In this document: piece by piece, positions 40,531-51,987 of the stretch
How the letters are laid out: each line of letters opens with the position of its first letter
Numbering within the stretch: the first letter of the stretch is position 1
Assembly: GCA_951406725.2 (NCBI GenBank)
Contig: OX597825.1
Coordinates: forward strand, 11,656,001 to 11,720,000
Reading direction: 5' to 3'
Source: Octopus vulgaris
Lineage: Eukaryota
DNA: 64,000 nt
Program-made: the position numbers and the translations under genes
The notes under the pieces: generated by a model
What the model saw: only the letters and a program-made list of their open reading frames with translations
What the model was told of the DNA's origin: nothing
Database searches by the model: none

Positions 40531-41923
40531 ATTCCTTAAATATAATGGTTTCTTCCCGCTTAATGTTAACTCTTTTAGCGTTGTCTTATTAAACCAATGT
40601 ATTTGAAATCTGAGCTGTTTATATTCATCAATTATGACCCAGACCAGCTGTAGTTTCCGGCAGAGATATTTACCATATATTTTATTAATAAGAACAAAAA
40701 CTTAACAGAATTGCCATCAATCAATAAAATACTGTTAAGACAATGAATATTTTCAGTAAAAGGACAAACGAAAAACACACACACTTCATGAGTTTTATAA
40801 GTTGTAAATCTGATACATATTTAACTCCCTTAAATCTTCATAACCACCAGAATAAAATAATAGATGATATATTAGAAGTAGGGTTGTAATCGATAAAAGT
40901 GTTTTGTTAAGGACAGTTTATTTCACATAATTTACATAAAAGAAATTGACATCGAGAACACTTTCTGATAACAAAGATACATAATTTAGTAAGTGGTCTC
41001 GAATGTTCAAACTATACACCATTATTATTTCTCGCTACCAGAATCTTATAAGTTTGTATAGGAAACTGATTCAATATGCTTAGGTTCAATGTTTAGGCAT
41101 CACTCTTTCACGTCGAATAACCATGTTTTTGTCTCACTGCTATTATTGTGTTTCTCCTCTTTAATTTTAGTGACAATGGAATTTTCAATTTCATTAGTTC
41201 ATTCTATTAAGGTTGTTACATAAGATTTAATCTTATTAAAATCGAATGGCGTGCTTTCTTTTTAAACCCTGTACAATGTACTTTCGATCAAAGAGAAGAA
41301 ATCTCTTTGATCGTCTTCTTTTATCGTGTTATTGTTCGAATAGTAATTTTAATACCCACGTTTTATTATACTTAAAGACATTTTATAATTACTGATATCT
41401 CTAACATCAAGTGACGTATATTTATCTTCAGGACTGAAGCTTCAATATATTCATAGTTAAACAATCAGAATTTATTCTGCAGAAAATATTTAGACCCTGC
41501 TGTCTTTAGATTCTTTTAATGGCAGTCTCAATGAATGTATTATAAGAAGTACACACAAAATTAATAACGCTGATAAACATAGGGTATAATAAAGAAGGCA
41601 TAAACTGTATCTTTGCTAATTTTTCAATGCAAAAAGAAAGTGAGCTTAATGTTCCTGAGAACGAACATCTTTCTAAATATTGATATTCAAAAAATATCGG
41701 GTACTTGACAGTAAAGCAGATAAGAAAACAAACTCACTAGAAATGGACAGCCATATAAATAGGCGTGTATGCACATACGCATTTATTAATATACATATAC
41801 TATACACATACACACACACACACACACAAGCGCATACACACACAGACGCTCTCTCTCTCTCTTTCTAGCTCTCTCTCGCACACACACAAAGAATAAATTA
41901 CAAATTAAAAGCAGCGCTGGTAG

Positions 41924-42249
41924 TGTAGACATTATCGATCACGCATACACAACACATGTGTTTTGCTTATTCCTCGAATTTTGATGCGGGATAGCATTTA
42001 GGGAGACTCCCTAATGACGCTCCGTGTTGAAACTACTGAACGTTATAGACCAGGCGAGAAATTTCACCTCGGCGAAATATCGGTATCCCCCTATCCTGGG
42101 TTCGATCCGAAGCGAACTGTCTCGCTTCGTCTATGACTTCCAGGTGTTTTTACACCCAGCCTTATTAGAGAGTCTTCTAAATGCTGTCCCGCAGTAAATA
42201 AGCATATAAACAAATCGCACATGTATGTGCGATCGATAATGTTTATACA
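41924..42249. repeat. Nested fold-back element (MITE-like or structured RNA)
   Basis: Outer arms GACATTATCGATCACGCATACA / TGTATGTGCGATCGATAATGTT and inner arms 41985-42017 / 42162-42193, with internal hairpins. Confidence 0.8.
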
Positions 42250-42252
42250 GAC

Positions 42253-42286
<34 letters not shown>

Positions 42287-42983
42287 AAATATATATGTAT
42301 ATATATATATATGTATTATATATATATTATGCGTGTTTGTATGTCTATAAGTGTGAATATAAGAATATATATATAATATAAGACGTATGTGGACTCACAT
42401 TTTAACAAGAGTTCATACTCATATATACAAGGAAAGGTGATCTCAGAAACGTTGCAGCGACATTATAGAAGCTACGCAAGGAATCGATGTATACCGAAGG
42501 GTACTTACGTCTGCCAGACTATATCATTAGTGAAATAATAGGCATATAAAGACGGAGTTTGTGACGTGTTCAACCGAATGCCAGAAATAATATAAATTTA
42601 CATTTTCTGTTGAAGAAATTCTTGCAAGATATGGGACCTTTCCCTCATTCATATCGAATTTATGAAGACATGATTCAATAAATATCTCTGTTAAACATTT
42701 TAGAAGGTTATAAATCATAATAGATGATAGCGTAGAAATTGTATTGGTCTTAGTCTTTCCTAATGTTATTGGTATAAGATATACAGCAAGGAGAACCATT
42801 TACCAATTTGAATTCCTACTGGAATAAGTCTTTATTGGAAAACATCCCATTTTCGACATAAATTTCATAACTTATAAGCAGAATACATAATTCTTCTTAT
42901 TACGTTCTATTTTATTCTATCGTTTGTTATGTTCAATAGTTATTAAGTATGCTTTATTCTCACATTTTAACCACGTGAAATGT

Positions 42984-43017
42984 TTGTCGGACATTCCAAA
43001 TTTGGAATGTCCGACAA
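42984..43017. repeat. Perfect 34-bp palindrome
   Basis: TTGTCGGACATTCCAAA-TTTGGAATGTCCGACAA. Confidence 0.95.
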
Positions 43018-43629
43018 GTGAAAATATGTGAAATAAAATCGACTGTTCTCACAAATGAGAAAACTAAAAATGAACCCGACTGCTCTCAAAAATTAACAAA
43101 ACCGGAAGAATCATCCAGAATGCTTGTCCGATACCTGAACGATCCCAATGATTGCCATGGAATGTGAAGGTGGCCGTAAAAATTTTAATAAATAATAAAT
43201 AGGTTATTCTTATTTTATACAAGCCAAAGTTAACAAATTCACCATTCAAAATAGTTCAAAGCCTGAGGTAATAATGATAATTGCTACTCAGGATTTTTTT
43301 AAAAGAATAGCATGAGACCTTTTGGTTTTCTCTTCTCTTAAATTCCGGCCTTTCTTTAATATTCATGTCGTTTTAGATCGATGCATAGATGTATGTATAT
43401 ATGTAAGTATACTGTAAAGTGTTAATATGTATGTATAATATATTATATATGATAAAAATATGTTAGTGTTATTTAATTTCTGAACGGTTTTGCTGCAGTT
43501 TCTACTAAGATAGTGACGCGAGCAAAATTCGTAATAGAGAAACGAAAATAATACCGGCTTAAAGGTGATAATTTAGAAAGGCTTGAACGTCAAGGTAAGA
43601 TGGTAATCATGTAAGGTAAATATATAAAA

Positions 43630-43791
43630 TATTCCAGAATCCTTGTCCGGTACGGGAACGATTCCAAAATCTAATCAGTTTGTGCTAGTCAGGAGGCCAG
43701 ACATCCCTGGTTCTAGAGATATCTCCTCCACTGACAAACAGACAAACACGACTGAAATCAATACCTCCGCCTTCGCTAAGGCGGTGGTAAC
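43630..43791 (-). mobile_element. Helentron/DINE-1-like non-autonomous element fragment
   Basis: GACAAACAGACAAAC microsatellite next to the hairpin TACCTCCGCCTTCGCTAAGGCGGTGGTA, typical of these elements. Confidence 0.55.
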
Positions 43792-43924
43792 AAGAAACAT
43801 AAAGGTAGAGAAATGAGCAAATTAACCTTTGTTTCTGTAACTCAACTGCGTTCTTTCGTGCACAAAGAAATACAAAACACATATATAATCATAACAACAG
43901 TCCAATGTAAATAAATAAATATAA

Positions 43925-44283
43925 ATCATCCTCATTTAACGTCCGTTTCCCATGCTGTCATGGGTTGGATGATTTGACTGAAAACTGATCAGCCAGGGAA
44001 CTTCTCCAGGCTCCGATCTGATCTGGCAAACTTTCTACGGCTAACCACTCCGAGAATGTATTGAGTAGTCTTTATGTGCCACTGGCACGAGTGCCATTGA
44101 TTTGACACCGGCAACGGCCGCAACTACGGTCTCACTTGGCTTGAGAAGTCTACACAAGTACGGTATATCGTCAAAGGTCTCACACACCTGTCACTGCTTC
44201 CTTGAGGCCCAACAATCGAAAAGTGCGTTTTTACGTGCCACGGACAGGGGTGCCAGAAAGACGGCACTGGCATCGGCCATGAC
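43925..44283 (-). mobile_element. SINE/LINE-tail repeat (family D)
   Basis: Minus-strand tail CCCATGACAGCATGGGAAACGGACGTTAAATGAGGATGAT, an RTE-type SINE tail, with a GC-richer body. Single copy in the window. Confidence 0.55.
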
Positions 44284-44981
44284 TAAACATACGCGCGGGC
44301 GGCGTGTGCGTGTGAGTATGTATGCGTGTGTGTATGTGAGCGCGTGTGTATATGTCCGTGTGTGTATATATGTGTGAGTGTATGTATGCGTGTGTGTGTA
44401 TGTGAGCGTGTGAATGTCAGCGAGTTTTTATTTGTGTCGGCATGTAAAAAAGTATATTTCAAAAAATTTGGTTTAAAGTTTAAAGAAGATTCCCATGAAA
44501 GCTTGTGGTTGCAAGATATGGAAAGATATAAATTTCTCAGTGGCTGGAGAGGAGAGGACAAATATTTGGAATAAAAAAAAAACGAAGGCGGTTCCCGAAG
44601 GTAAAAGACAAAAGAAAAAAGAAATAAAAGATGGCAAGACAAGATTAGGGAACATAAACAAAGAAAAAAAATTAAAATAATGCAGTAGTAAAGAAACAAA
44701 AACAATTGAGAAATAAGATGGAAGCAGGGGAGAAATGAGTTTCTTCACTGGTAAAATTTCAACAAAATTTACTTAGTTTATTCGCCTGATAAATCAGAGA
44801 AATACCAATACATTCCGAATAAGACAATATATAGTAAATATATGGTAAATAATGACTTGGGGTAAATAAAAACAACTCGCCTCTGCCCCAAATTTCAAGC
44901 CTTGTGTCTATATTGGAAATGGAATACCATATATATACAAATGTGTATAGACACACACACACACATACACAGACATACACA

Positions 44982-45028
<47 letters not shown>

Positions 45029-45121
45029 ACACGCACACACACACATACATATATATATATAACTACACATATGCAGTTGGTGATTTCTTTTCCTTCCTTT
45101 GGACCTTTTCTTTTCTCCTTT

Positions 45122-45148
45122 CCGACGAAGAGCTTTGCACGAAACGTC
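45122..45148 (+). ncRNA. Degenerate minimal hammerhead-like motif (Penelope-type)
   Basis: CCGACGAA GAGC TTT GCAC GAAACGTC, compared with the Penelope-associated consensus CTGACGAA..stem..GAAACGTC. It has a U4->C change and one stem II mismatch. Confidence 0.4.
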
Positions 45149-45675
45149 AAAATCTCTCTCTTTTTACTGAGCGTTAAACTAATGCGTTCCATGTGCACGT
45201 TCTCTTGCTTTGTTATTGCTAATTTTATTATCCGTTTATTTAAATTGACTATACACACACACACAAATATATATATATATATATACGTATATGTAAGAAA
45301 ATAAAAACTGGGACAAGAACGCAAAACATTTAGAAGACGATACAAAAAACACGGACGGGACATCCGAAGCCTTCAATCTTCAGTCAAGAACCGGATCATC
45401 CTCGCAATTTCGGCTGATTAATCTTGAGATTGCTCCGATCTGGCCAGCCCCAAAAGAAAATCTAAGCCAAGCGCATTAGATTCCTTGGAAGAAAGCCTCG
45501 AATGTATACAAAACAAGGACGGAAAAACGGGCGATGTTACATGAATATAAATACAAAAATACGTAAAAACAATAATGAAAACACGAATAAGAATTAAAAA
45601 ATTCGTAAAAACAATAAAGATAATAATAATAACAAAAACAGGACGTCACAAACAGGCGTCTTTTCGACAGGACAA

Positions 45676-45706
<31 letters not shown>

Positions 45707-46117
45707 TACAAACATATATATGTGTGTATGTAAATATGTGTGCATGTGAATATGTGTGTGTGTATTGTGTAGATGAGAAGGCAGAGGTGTTTAGTCTCTA
45801 GTGCTTATGTAATGGCTAATGACATTAGGGAATCCCATATACCTCCATCATATTGCTGGTGATAATCTCAAAACGACTGAGACAATAAGCACCACCACCA
45901 CCGCCATCGTTCTAATCCTATTCAACATTACTACTGTTCAGTCCATATTTTTACTCACCTATTAGTACACTCTACTGTTTACTGCATCACGGTGGATAGT
46001 TAAAAGGTCTCTCAGGTTAATGGCTATAATATTCGGAAAAGTTCATATTTAACAGAGCCTGTTATAGCATCGGACGCTGTAAAATGGGTCCCGTAACTTT
46101 TTCATAAACTACACACT

Positions 46118-46309
46118 ATGTATGTATGTATGTATGTATGTATGTATGTATGTATGTATGTATGTATGTATGTACGTATGTTTGTATGTACGTATGTATG
46201 TATGTATGTATGTACGTATGTATGTATGTATGTATGTATGTATGTATGTATGTATGTATGTATCCATCCCTCTATGTAAGTATATATGTTTGTATGTATG
46301 TATATGTAT

Positions 46310-46364
<55 letters not shown>

Positions 46365-46539
46365 CTTACCTATCTACCTACCTACCTACCTACCTACCTA
46401 CCTACCTACCTACCTACCTATCAATCTATCTGTGTGTGTGCGTCTCTGTCAGGCTGTCAATGCATCCATCCATCCATCCATCCATCCATCCATCCATCCA
46501 TCTATCCATCCATCCATCCATCCATCCATCCATCCATCC

Positions 46540-46614
<75 letters not shown>
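46118..46614. repeat. Compound tetranucleotide array (TATG, TCTA, CCTA, CATC)
   Basis: Seen directly. Confidence 0.95.
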
Positions 46615-47679
46615 AGCTCACGTATGCGTCTGTACGCGTGTGTGTGCGTATGAGTGTGTATGTGTGTGCCTTTGTATATGTGTATGTGTATTTTTATCTT
46701 CCTGGCGCATCTCATGTTTATGCCCTTGGGTGAATCAATACACCAGTTTGTTATTCTATGAACATATTCATGAAATTAATATGCAATCGCAAACAAAGTT
46801 TTGCTTATATATGAGAAACATACATTTACATCACCACATCTACACTCATCCTCACAAACCCAATCAGTCTCACCATATCTTACACGTTTCTCTCAATGTT
46901 CAATGCACCGTGAAGTTATCATTACATATTCTATGTTGTCCTACTCGAAATAAATTTTCCTTGTTTCCTGATTAGTAAATTTCTCAGCAATCAAGATACA
47001 GCTCGAGGGAAACCAGTCCTTTAATTGCGAATTATCAACAGAAAATATCACAAATGATTGATCAGTATTCTTTTAAAATCTCTCCTATATTTTAAATTGT
47101 TCTTCTCCAAGTATCTTAAGTATATTGACTTCAATCATTGTCTGTATTTATTTATTTGGTCTTTCATTTTTTGTGATTATTAATAACATTTACAATTATA
47201 TCCGATACGTTATACAATAAAATAAACCGAAAAATCGCCAAAATATTGAACATGTAAATACGTAAAATATTAAAAGCATAGAAGAAACGGGGAAAAGAAA
47301 CAGTAGAAAAATTCTTTTTCTAATTGTAATTGGTAATAAGCGGCTTTATATATCAAAGATTCGTTTGATGTAAAATGAAGATTGTTCTGTACAAGAAATA
47401 AAAGATTAAGAATAATTCAAAAATGATATAATTTTGAGTTTATAAAAGGCTGAAAATCTCTTATTAAAAAATTCTGCATTAATGAACTGGTGAACAAAGA
47501 ATGATGTAAGTTTTAGTTCAGCTCAACACATTGGAAACTTAGCTGTGTGCTATTTCTTTCTAAATATTTTTACCATATCAAATGTAATACGATTTTGGTA
47601 AATTATTGAATAGTATGCAATAACTTTTGCTAATTGATTTGCCCTATTTTTTTGAGAAAATGCATGATTGTTATTGAAT

Positions 47680-47856
47680 ACTGACGGTAGCATGGACAAA
47701 ATGTCTAATGAAGAAGCGATGACCTGGGCCGCGGTAAATAGGAAACTGCTTCGTGAGACAAGGACCAAGCAACTGAGATTTCTTGGTCATGTGATGAATT
47801 GGAGAATTTAATGATGACTGGAAAGATTGAAGAGAAAAGAAACAGAAGAAGGGGAA
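47680..47856 (+). mobile_element. RTE-clade LINE C-terminal fragment
   Basis: WTK.MSNEEAM...RKLLRETRTKQLRFLGHVM / LENLMMTGKIEEKRNRRR matches the RTE SW...SNEEV...QL.F.GHV.R...GKIEGKR.RGR motifs. Confidence 0.75.
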
Positions 47857-48853
47857 GAATGATATGAATGTCAATCTTAGGAGAAAGGAGCTTTCTTTGT
47901 CCTAATCGGAAATTGGAAGGGGTAGATTGGTTAGTTTCGTTGAGTAATTAGGGTGGGTTGATTATTATTTAGGTGCGGGCTTCCTAGTTTATAGTACTAT
48001 TGATGTATTCATTGATTTCATATGGAAATAAACTGTAAGATTCCCGGTTATATACTTACAAAAAGTTAAGTCTTGTCTCGCATGAGGGAGATTCGAACGT
48101 CTTCTCATCAAATCATTAAAGTAAAAAAAGAAAAATCTGTAAATTGCCCGTCTGGTTTCAGACAATATGTTACCATTGTTCGTCTTTGTCATTAAATAGA
48201 TTTTCATTACTATAAGTCATTAGCGATATATAAAATGTAATTATTCAGTTATTATTAGTCGGTAGAAGTTCTACCCCAAATATCACCGATTACTATCATT
48301 AACAGAACATTTTGAATCCGCAATTACGTGTAGTAATTATTCTCTTCGTCTTCTGCATAAACTTCTTTTTAAATTACATCATTGCATCTGTTGTTATTGT
48401 TTCAAATGCTAAATCTGTGATTATTTCCTTCTGGCTATTGTTGTCAGAAACAGCAACAATGCAGCTCGCAATAATTAATACTGGTAATAGATTTAAACGC
48501 ATGAGACAAACACTTATAGAATAGAGCTTTATTATTTGATGAGATTGCTCAATTTATAGATCTGTCTCTTTACAGAAAACCTAATTTATCTAAAATTATT
48601 GTATACAATGTATTTTGTAAAAATATTTTAAAAAATCACAAAATAAAAAAAAATGTTGTATCTGAGGAATTTTTATTTACATAATTGCTACTCCACCAGA
48701 CTAAACTATTAATTTTACATTATGATTTCGTATCTCACTGGTATTGACTTTGACTTTGTGTTTCACACATGACGTGCCGAGAAAATAAGTTTAAGTTACA
48801 TATAAGTGCAAATTTAACTCTCTATCTCTTATCCATTCTAGGTCAAGTAAATC

Positions 48854-48968
<115 letters not shown>

Positions 48969-49032
48969 GTATATATACACACATAAATACATATACATAT
49001 ATATATATATATACACACACATATACATACAT

Positions 49033-49095
<63 letters not shown>

Positions 49096-49287
49096 GTATG
49101 TATGTATGTACATACATCTTTACATATATAGAAATACATATGTATTATTTAATAAACACAATACATGTTTTTATGTACAACTAACAATGTTCTTGTACTG
49201 AGAACATGCCAAACAGTTATTTTATAACACGCCTGGCAGTGCGGCACAGTTATCAGGTATAGCCCACACGTGTATGTATATATACAT

Positions 49288-49326
<39 letters not shown>

Positions 49327-50051
49327 TGTATGTACGTATGCATGCATGTACTTGTGTGTGTGCGTGTGGTAAAGTGTGACTGAACCTACGCAATTCCATG
49401 CGTGTGTATAAAACATCTGAAGACAGTAATAAAAGAATTGTAACAGAAGGCTAATCAGATAATATTTGAATAATATTGCATTTCGCAGCTTATGTGTCTG
49501 AAAAAAATTCTTTTAAGAGAGATCATCAGATAATCACATTATCGTGAAGCCACAGCTAGCCAATATGTCGCGGACTTTTATAAGTAGAACGAATAGAGGA
49601 TTTGTGATTACAGAATTAGGTTAGTTGAACGTGAAAGATTTAGTTCATACAAAGCGGGGAACTTTAGTTTTAGTTGATAGGTATCTTCCGATTTAATGTT
49701 TCTAATTATGCTTGGTTTTACTGCTTTCGAATCCAACCAGAGTCCAAATGAAGTTAAAGTTGATTAAACACAGAAATGCAAGAAACCGTTCATTTAATTA
49801 CTAAAAAAATAAGTTACAATTTTATATCAATTAGAAATATTGAATTAATAAATGTCTCAGAGAGACATGAGAGGTGGTGGAGCGATAGAGTGGTTGTATA
49901 CTGTCAACATAACGTGACAGTCCCGTAAAGAGAATTACACTACTGCTATTTAGCCCTAGGAAGCATCGACGCTTTCTGTCGGCTATGACACATTTTCTGT
50001 GTCCTTATATTTGCGAAGGAGAGGCAAGCACCCCACCAGCTAGAGCTAGCA

Positions 50052-50097
50052 CCTAGAGACATGCATGTTTCTGGGTCTTACCCGTCATCAGTCCAGG
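50052..50097 (-). ncRNA. Type I hammerhead ribozyme, copy 1
   Basis: Minus strand: CCTGGA CTGATGA C GGGT AAG ACCC A GAAA CATGCATG TC TCTAGG. Stem I CCUGGA/UCUAGG, palindromic stem III ACAUGCAUGU, GUC cleavage between 50058 and 50057. Confidence 0.82.
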
Positions 50098-50404
50098 ATA
50101 GTGAGACCTGCTAGTTGAGATGCCTGTCTAGCCTTCGCAAATATATATATTTACAGTGAAATCTATTCACTGGTCACCGTAATTAGAAATACTGAATTTC
50201 TAAATGTCTCAGAGAGACATGAGAGGTGGTGGGGCGATAGAGTGGTTGTATATTGTCAACATAAAGTGACAGTCCCGTAAAGGGAATTACACCACCGCTA
50301 TTTAGCCCTAGGAAGCATCGACGCTTTCTGTCGGCTATGACACATTTTCTGTGTCCTTATATTTGCGAAGGGGAGGCAAGCACCCCCACCAGCTAGAGCT
50401 AGCA

Positions 50405-50452
50405 CCTAGAGACATGCATGTTTCTGAGTATATTGCTCGTCATCAGTCTAAG
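50405..50452 (-). ncRNA. Type I hammerhead ribozyme, copy 2
   Basis: Minus strand: CTTAGA CTGATGA C GAG CAATATA CTC A GAAA CATGCATG TC TCTAGG. Same core as copy 1, GUC cleavage between 50411 and 50410. Confidence 0.8.
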
Positions 50453-50522
50453 GCATTCAGTCCTGCTAGTTGGACAATACAGATTGAAACGTGATGTCAG
50501 TTTTGATAATACTATGCAAAGT

Positions 50523-50745
50523 TACGATGGGCTGCTAAAAAGTTTCTGCCTTTAAGGGTATCACGGAAGGCCTTGTTGGGAGCCCAACATCCCGCGTTCT
50601 CTTACAGGGCTTAGAAAAACTGAAGGACCGCTGCAATTAATGTGGGAACCTGAGAGGGGCATATATAAAATAAAGTCACGATTAACTGATCTTAGTGCTG
50701 TTTTCTTTTACCCACAGCCAGGAACTTTTCATCCTCACCCTTGTA
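50523..50745 (+). mobile_element. Mariner-type MITE
   Basis: TACGATGGGCTGCTAAAAAGTTTCTG...CCAGGAACTTTTCATCCTCACCCTTGTA. Internal GLEKLKDRCN*CGNLRGAYIK* resembles the mariner transposase C-terminus. Confidence 0.75.
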
Positions 50746-51247
50746 GATCTTATTGATATTTGGTACCAAATCATCCAGATCGATAATGCAGATTAAATGC
50801 GTTCTAGCTAGGATAATACTGTCTTGTCTTCACAATGTGTACATATGCAAATCATTTACACGTACACACACACACACACACATACGATCGTCAGTGGACC
50901 ATATATCCCCAAAAGAAGCACACTCATAAGGATAGAGCAGTGAAGTTTTTATACGAAATTAAATATATGTCCGGTCATAGACTCTCAATGGTTTGGCATC
51001 TGTAAAGCGTCTACCTTTACAGATGACTACCCAAACTCCCGTGGCCGCAGGCATATAACCGCTCCTCAAACTGGAGATTGGAAACTCTTATGGTGAGTTA
51101 CTTCGTAAACAAAATAATGTTGTATACTGTCCGTTCATCCTGTAGGCCCATAAGATTTTCCTGACTGAAACGGTCTAAGCGCGATAACCCAACCCTGGCA
51201 GAATCAGCGACAGCAACAACAACAAGAACAAGAACAAGAACAACAAG

Positions 51248-51280
<33 letters not shown>

Positions 51281-51289
51281 AACAACAAC

Positions 51290-51329
<40 letters not shown>

Positions 51330-51464
51330 GTCCTTTATAAAGGCACAAGACCAGAAATTTGGTATGAGGGGATTAGTCGAGTACATCGAACTCATTGTGT
51401 CACAGGAACTTAAATTATCGACCCCAAACAATTCTCTCAGCAATAAAAATTATCCTTTCTACTG

Positions 51465-51848
51465 GAAGCACAAGGCCTCCTTTTTGGGGAAGGGATTAGG
51501 TCAATTACATCGACCCCAGTGCGTAATTGATACTTTTTGCATCGACCACGAAAAGATGAAAGGCAAAGTCGACTTCGGCGGAATTTGAACTCAGAAAGTA
51601 GCGGCAGACGAAATACCTATTTCTTTACTACCCACAAGGAGCTAAATACAGAGAGGACAAACAAGGATAGACAAACGGATTAGGTCAATTACATCGACCC
51701 CAGTGCGTAATTGATACTTTCTGCATCGACCACGAAAGGATGAAAGGCAAAGTCGACCTCCGCGGAATTTGAACTCAGAACGTAACTGCAGACGAAATAC
51801 GGCTACGCATATCCCTCGGCGTGCTAACGATTCTACCAGCTCGCCACC
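51465..51848 (-). mobile_element. SINE family A dimeric copy
   Basis: Two body units (about 51495-51615 and 51680-51800) followed by the head CCAGCTCGCCACC. Confidence 0.85.
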
Positions 51849-51912
<64 letters not shown>

Positions 51913-51913
51913 T

Positions 51914-51987
<74 letters not shown>

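Larger units (their letters stand above)
49829..50471 (-). mobile_element. Tandem ~353-bp repeat (about 1.8 units) with one hammerhead per unit: candidate non-LTR retrozyme
   Basis: AATTAGAAAT..AATGTCTCAGAGAGACATGAGAGGTGGTGG starts at 49829 and at 50181. The two hammerheads are 353 bp apart. Confidence 0.8.

Noticed and set aside
42005-42045. CTAATGA CGC TCC GTG TT GAAAC as a hammerhead core inside the fold-back element
   Set aside because: G5 is replaced by A, and there is no supporting stem III.
49829-50471. Tandem repeat as a CRISPR array or an assembly duplication
   Set aside because: There is no repeat-spacer structure and the context is eukaryotic. The copies differ by many substitutions, including compensatory ones, so it is not an assembly artefact.
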